Source: Promethearchaeota archaeon | GTDB lineage: Archaea > Asgardarchaeota > Lokiarchaeia > Sigyniarchaeales > SOKP01 | Direction of reading: 5' to 3' | NCBI GenBank assembly: GCA_013375475.1 | Contig: JABXKD010000017.1 | Coordinates: 1-49,166 of the forward strand | Length of the DNA: 49,166 bases | In this document: positions 47,156 through 49,166 of the stretch, in pieces | Layout of the letters: each line of letters begins with the position of its first letter | Numbering within the stretch: position 1 is the stretch's first letter | Position numbers and translations under genes: made by a program | Notes under the pieces: generated by a model | Databases searched by the model: none | Seen by the model: only the letters and a program-made list of their open reading frames with translations | Told to the model about the DNA's origin: nothing

Positions 47156-47351
47156 TTTAGAATCTACTCATACATTTTTTTAGTTATATAATCACTACTT
47201 ATAATTTTCAAAATTCATTATTCCATTTAAAGAGCGTTCTTATGATGTATTGAATAATCTAAGAACTAAAAATTTACTTTTTTGAACTTGATAAAAACAA
47301 TAACGATTATAAAATACAAGTATAAAAAATAAGAAAATATATTGAAAAAAA

Positions 47352-48155
47352 TTAGCCTCTATAATCTAAAATGATTACGACATCCACGAAAAGCTCGTAA
47401 TTCTCGTCTTCGTCGTTGTCGTGTATTGTTACCTTTTCAACTTCGTCCAGTTCTCCGTGAACTTCGATAAGATCTGCTTCATGTAATATTTTAACATCCG
47501 AATGCTTAAGTTTCTTCCTTAATTCGACGTTACCGGGGATAGATTTAGCATTTGTTACTAAAATTACTCTTCCAGTGTATTCTGTTAATTTCATTGCGAG
47601 TTCTAAGGAAGCATCTCCCGAGTCAACTACAAGGATTCTTTTTTCTCTAAGTTCCTCCAAATCTGCTGGAACGATATCGTAAACTCCTTTTCCAAAAAAC
47701 TTTTCTATTCCTAATATCACTCGAACACCTATTTGACATGAAGTAGCAATTTCTACTTCTGGAGTCGTACCTAAGCGGTAATTATTAATTGCCGCTTGTA
47801 AAGCATCAGCTGCTAGATTCGAACAATGCATTTTAATCGGCGGAAGCCCGTCTAATTCATCAGCTACGTCTTGTCTCGATATTTTATAAGCTTCGTCAAG
47901 AGTCATTCCTTTTGCCATCTCAGTTATCATTGAAGATGTAGAAACTGCTGATCCACAACCAAATGTTTTAAATTTAATATCATCAATTATCTCCTCTCCG
48001 GCGTCATTTTTACCAACTTTTAAATAGATCCACATAAGATCTCCACAAACTGGATTCCCAACCTGACCGACCCCATCTGCATCTTCTATTTCACCCACAT
48101 TACGTGGATTTTTGAAATGATCTAAAACTTTATCTGAATATTGTGTAGATTTCAT
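47352..48155 (-). CDS. iscU: IscU/NifU Fe-S scaffold fused to a TrxR-like NAD(P)H-binding domain
   Basis: YS.KV.DHF.NPRNVG, GNPVCGD, FGCGSA, LPPIKMHCS; C-terminal ~125 aa aligns with the NADPH domain of the TrxB in this window. Confidence 0.9.
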   Translation of the reverse strand: MKSTQYSDKVLDHFKNPRNVGEIEDADGVGQVGNPVCGDLMWIYLKVGKNDAGEEIIDDIKFKTFGCGSAVSTSSMITEMAKGMTLDEAYKISRQDVADELDGLPPIKMHCSNLAADALQAAINNYRLGTTPEVEIATSCQIGVRVILGIEKFFGKGVYDIVPADLEELREKRILVVDSGDASLELAMKLTEYTGRVILVTNAKSIPGNVELRKKLKHSDVKILHEADLIEVHGELDEVEKVTIHDNDEDENYELFVDVVIILDYRG

Positions 48156-48159
48156 ATTA

Positions 48160-49166
48160 TTATTTCACCTCTTCATTTTTCTTGAAAAAATCAGAAGGCG
48201 TTAAAGGCGACAACTTTCTCAATCTTATTACTTGATCCGGTAATACTTCTAAAAGTTTATCTATGTCAGTTTCACGAGTTGTTCTACCCAAAGAAACTAA
48301 TAGACTTCCATGCGCTTCTTCGTGAAGAAGTCCCATAGCAATTAGTGTGTGGGATGGTTCTAATGTTTTTGAACTACACGCTGAACCAGTAGCGGCGGCA
48401 ATATTGTTTTCTTTTAGCGTAAGAATTAACGATTCTCCTTCAATATAATCAAATCTAAAATGTGCGTTGTGAGGGGTCCTTTTTTCAGGGTGCCCGTTTA
48501 AATACGATTTAGGGATTGTTTCTAAAACGTTTTTGATAAGTTTGTCTCTTAATTTTTTCAACTTCTCTGATTCAGTTGGCATTTCTTCTTTCATGATTTC
48601 AGCAGCTTTTGCAAATCCTACGATCCCTGGAATATTTTCTGAGCCTGACCTAAACCCTCTCTCTTGCCCGCCCCCAATTATTATAGGATTTACTCTCACT
48701 CCTTTTTTCAGGTAAAGTGCTCCAACTCCCCTCGGTCCATAAATATCGTTTGATGAGAGTGTGATAAGATCGATTGGAACTTTTTGAACGTCAATAGGAA
48801 GAACGCTTTCGCTTGCTACTGCGTCAGTATGGAATAAAATTCCCTTTTCTTGAGCAAGTTTACTTATCTCAGCTGTTGGTTGTACTGAACCAACTTCATT
48901 ACTCGCAGTAGATATTGAAATGAGAATCGTCTCGTCGGTAATATACCTTTCAAGTTTGTCTAATCGGACAATACCAAACCGATCTACAGGAACTCTGCTA
49001 AATCGAAATCCTTCTTTTTCAAGATACTTGCCAATATTTAAGATCGAGATGTGCTCTATTTCAGAAATAATTATATGATTCCCTTTTTTTTTTTGTCTCA
49101 TTGCAGCTCCGATTATACCTAAATTATTCGATTCTGTCGCTCCTGAAGTAAAAATGATATCGGCAC
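48160..49166 (-). CDS. iscS: IscS/NifS-family cysteine desulfurase homolog (5'-truncated; PLP Lys replaced by Asp)
   Basis: Frame stays open to the window edge (IFTSGATESNN); IEH, NEVG..QP, GGGQE...RSG, TGSACSS; SSNDIYGPRG in place of S.HK.YGPKG. Confidence 0.92.
   Translation of the reverse strand, partial: ADIIFTSGATESNNLGIIGAAMRQKKKGNHIIISEIEHISILNIGKYLEKEGFRFSRVPVDRFGIVRLDKLERYITDETILISISTASNEVGSVQPTAEISKLAQEKGILFHTDAVASESVLPIDVQKVPIDLITLSSNDIYGPRGVGALYLKKGVRVNPIIIGGGQERGFRSGSENIPGIVGFAKAAEIMKEEMPTESEKLKKLRDKLIKNVLETIPKSYLNGHPEKRTPHNAHFRFDYIEGESLILTLKENNIAAATGSACSSKTLEPSHTLIAMGLLHEEAHGSLLVSLGRTTRETDIDKLLEVLPDQVIRLRKLSPLTPSDFFKKNEEVK

Noticed and set aside
49084-49094. T11 homopolymer in iscS as a frameshift or phase-variation site
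   Set aside because: Reading frame is continuous with the conserved FTSGATESNN upstream; the run simply encodes QKKK.

Overview
AT-rich, gene-dense archaeal window, most likely from an Asgard archaeon (Lokiarchaeia-like). This is inferred from two ubiquitin-like genes, a Rab-like small GTPase, a longin-like/GTPase fusion, archaeal-type AlaRS, DTD2, EndoQ and FtsZ. The left part (1-18.7 kb) holds housekeeping and eukaryotic-signature genes. The right ~30 kb (18.8-49.2 kb) is a dense thiol/Fe-S/oxygen-defence island: TrxR, three PDO paralogs, three CCG-domain (Hdr/GlpC-like) proteins, a methanoredoxin-like glutaredoxin plus ferredoxin:thioredoxin reductase, a rubredoxin-fused NADH oxidoreductase, two small rubredoxins below the ORF-track cutoff, a flavodiiron protein coupled to an acyl-CoA dehydrogenase, desulfoferrodoxin, rubrerythrin and a CoA-disulfide reductase-rhodanese-TusA-rhodanese fusion. 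The best candidate for an undescribed system is at the right end. An IscS with its PLP lysine replaced by Asp is followed by an IscU fused to a degenerate thioredoxin-reductase NADPH domain and then the persulfide-handling CoADR fusion, suggesting cysteine-independent Fe-S assembly. No rRNA, tRNA, CRISPR array or mobile element was recognised. All family calls come from reading motifs by eye, not from database searches.
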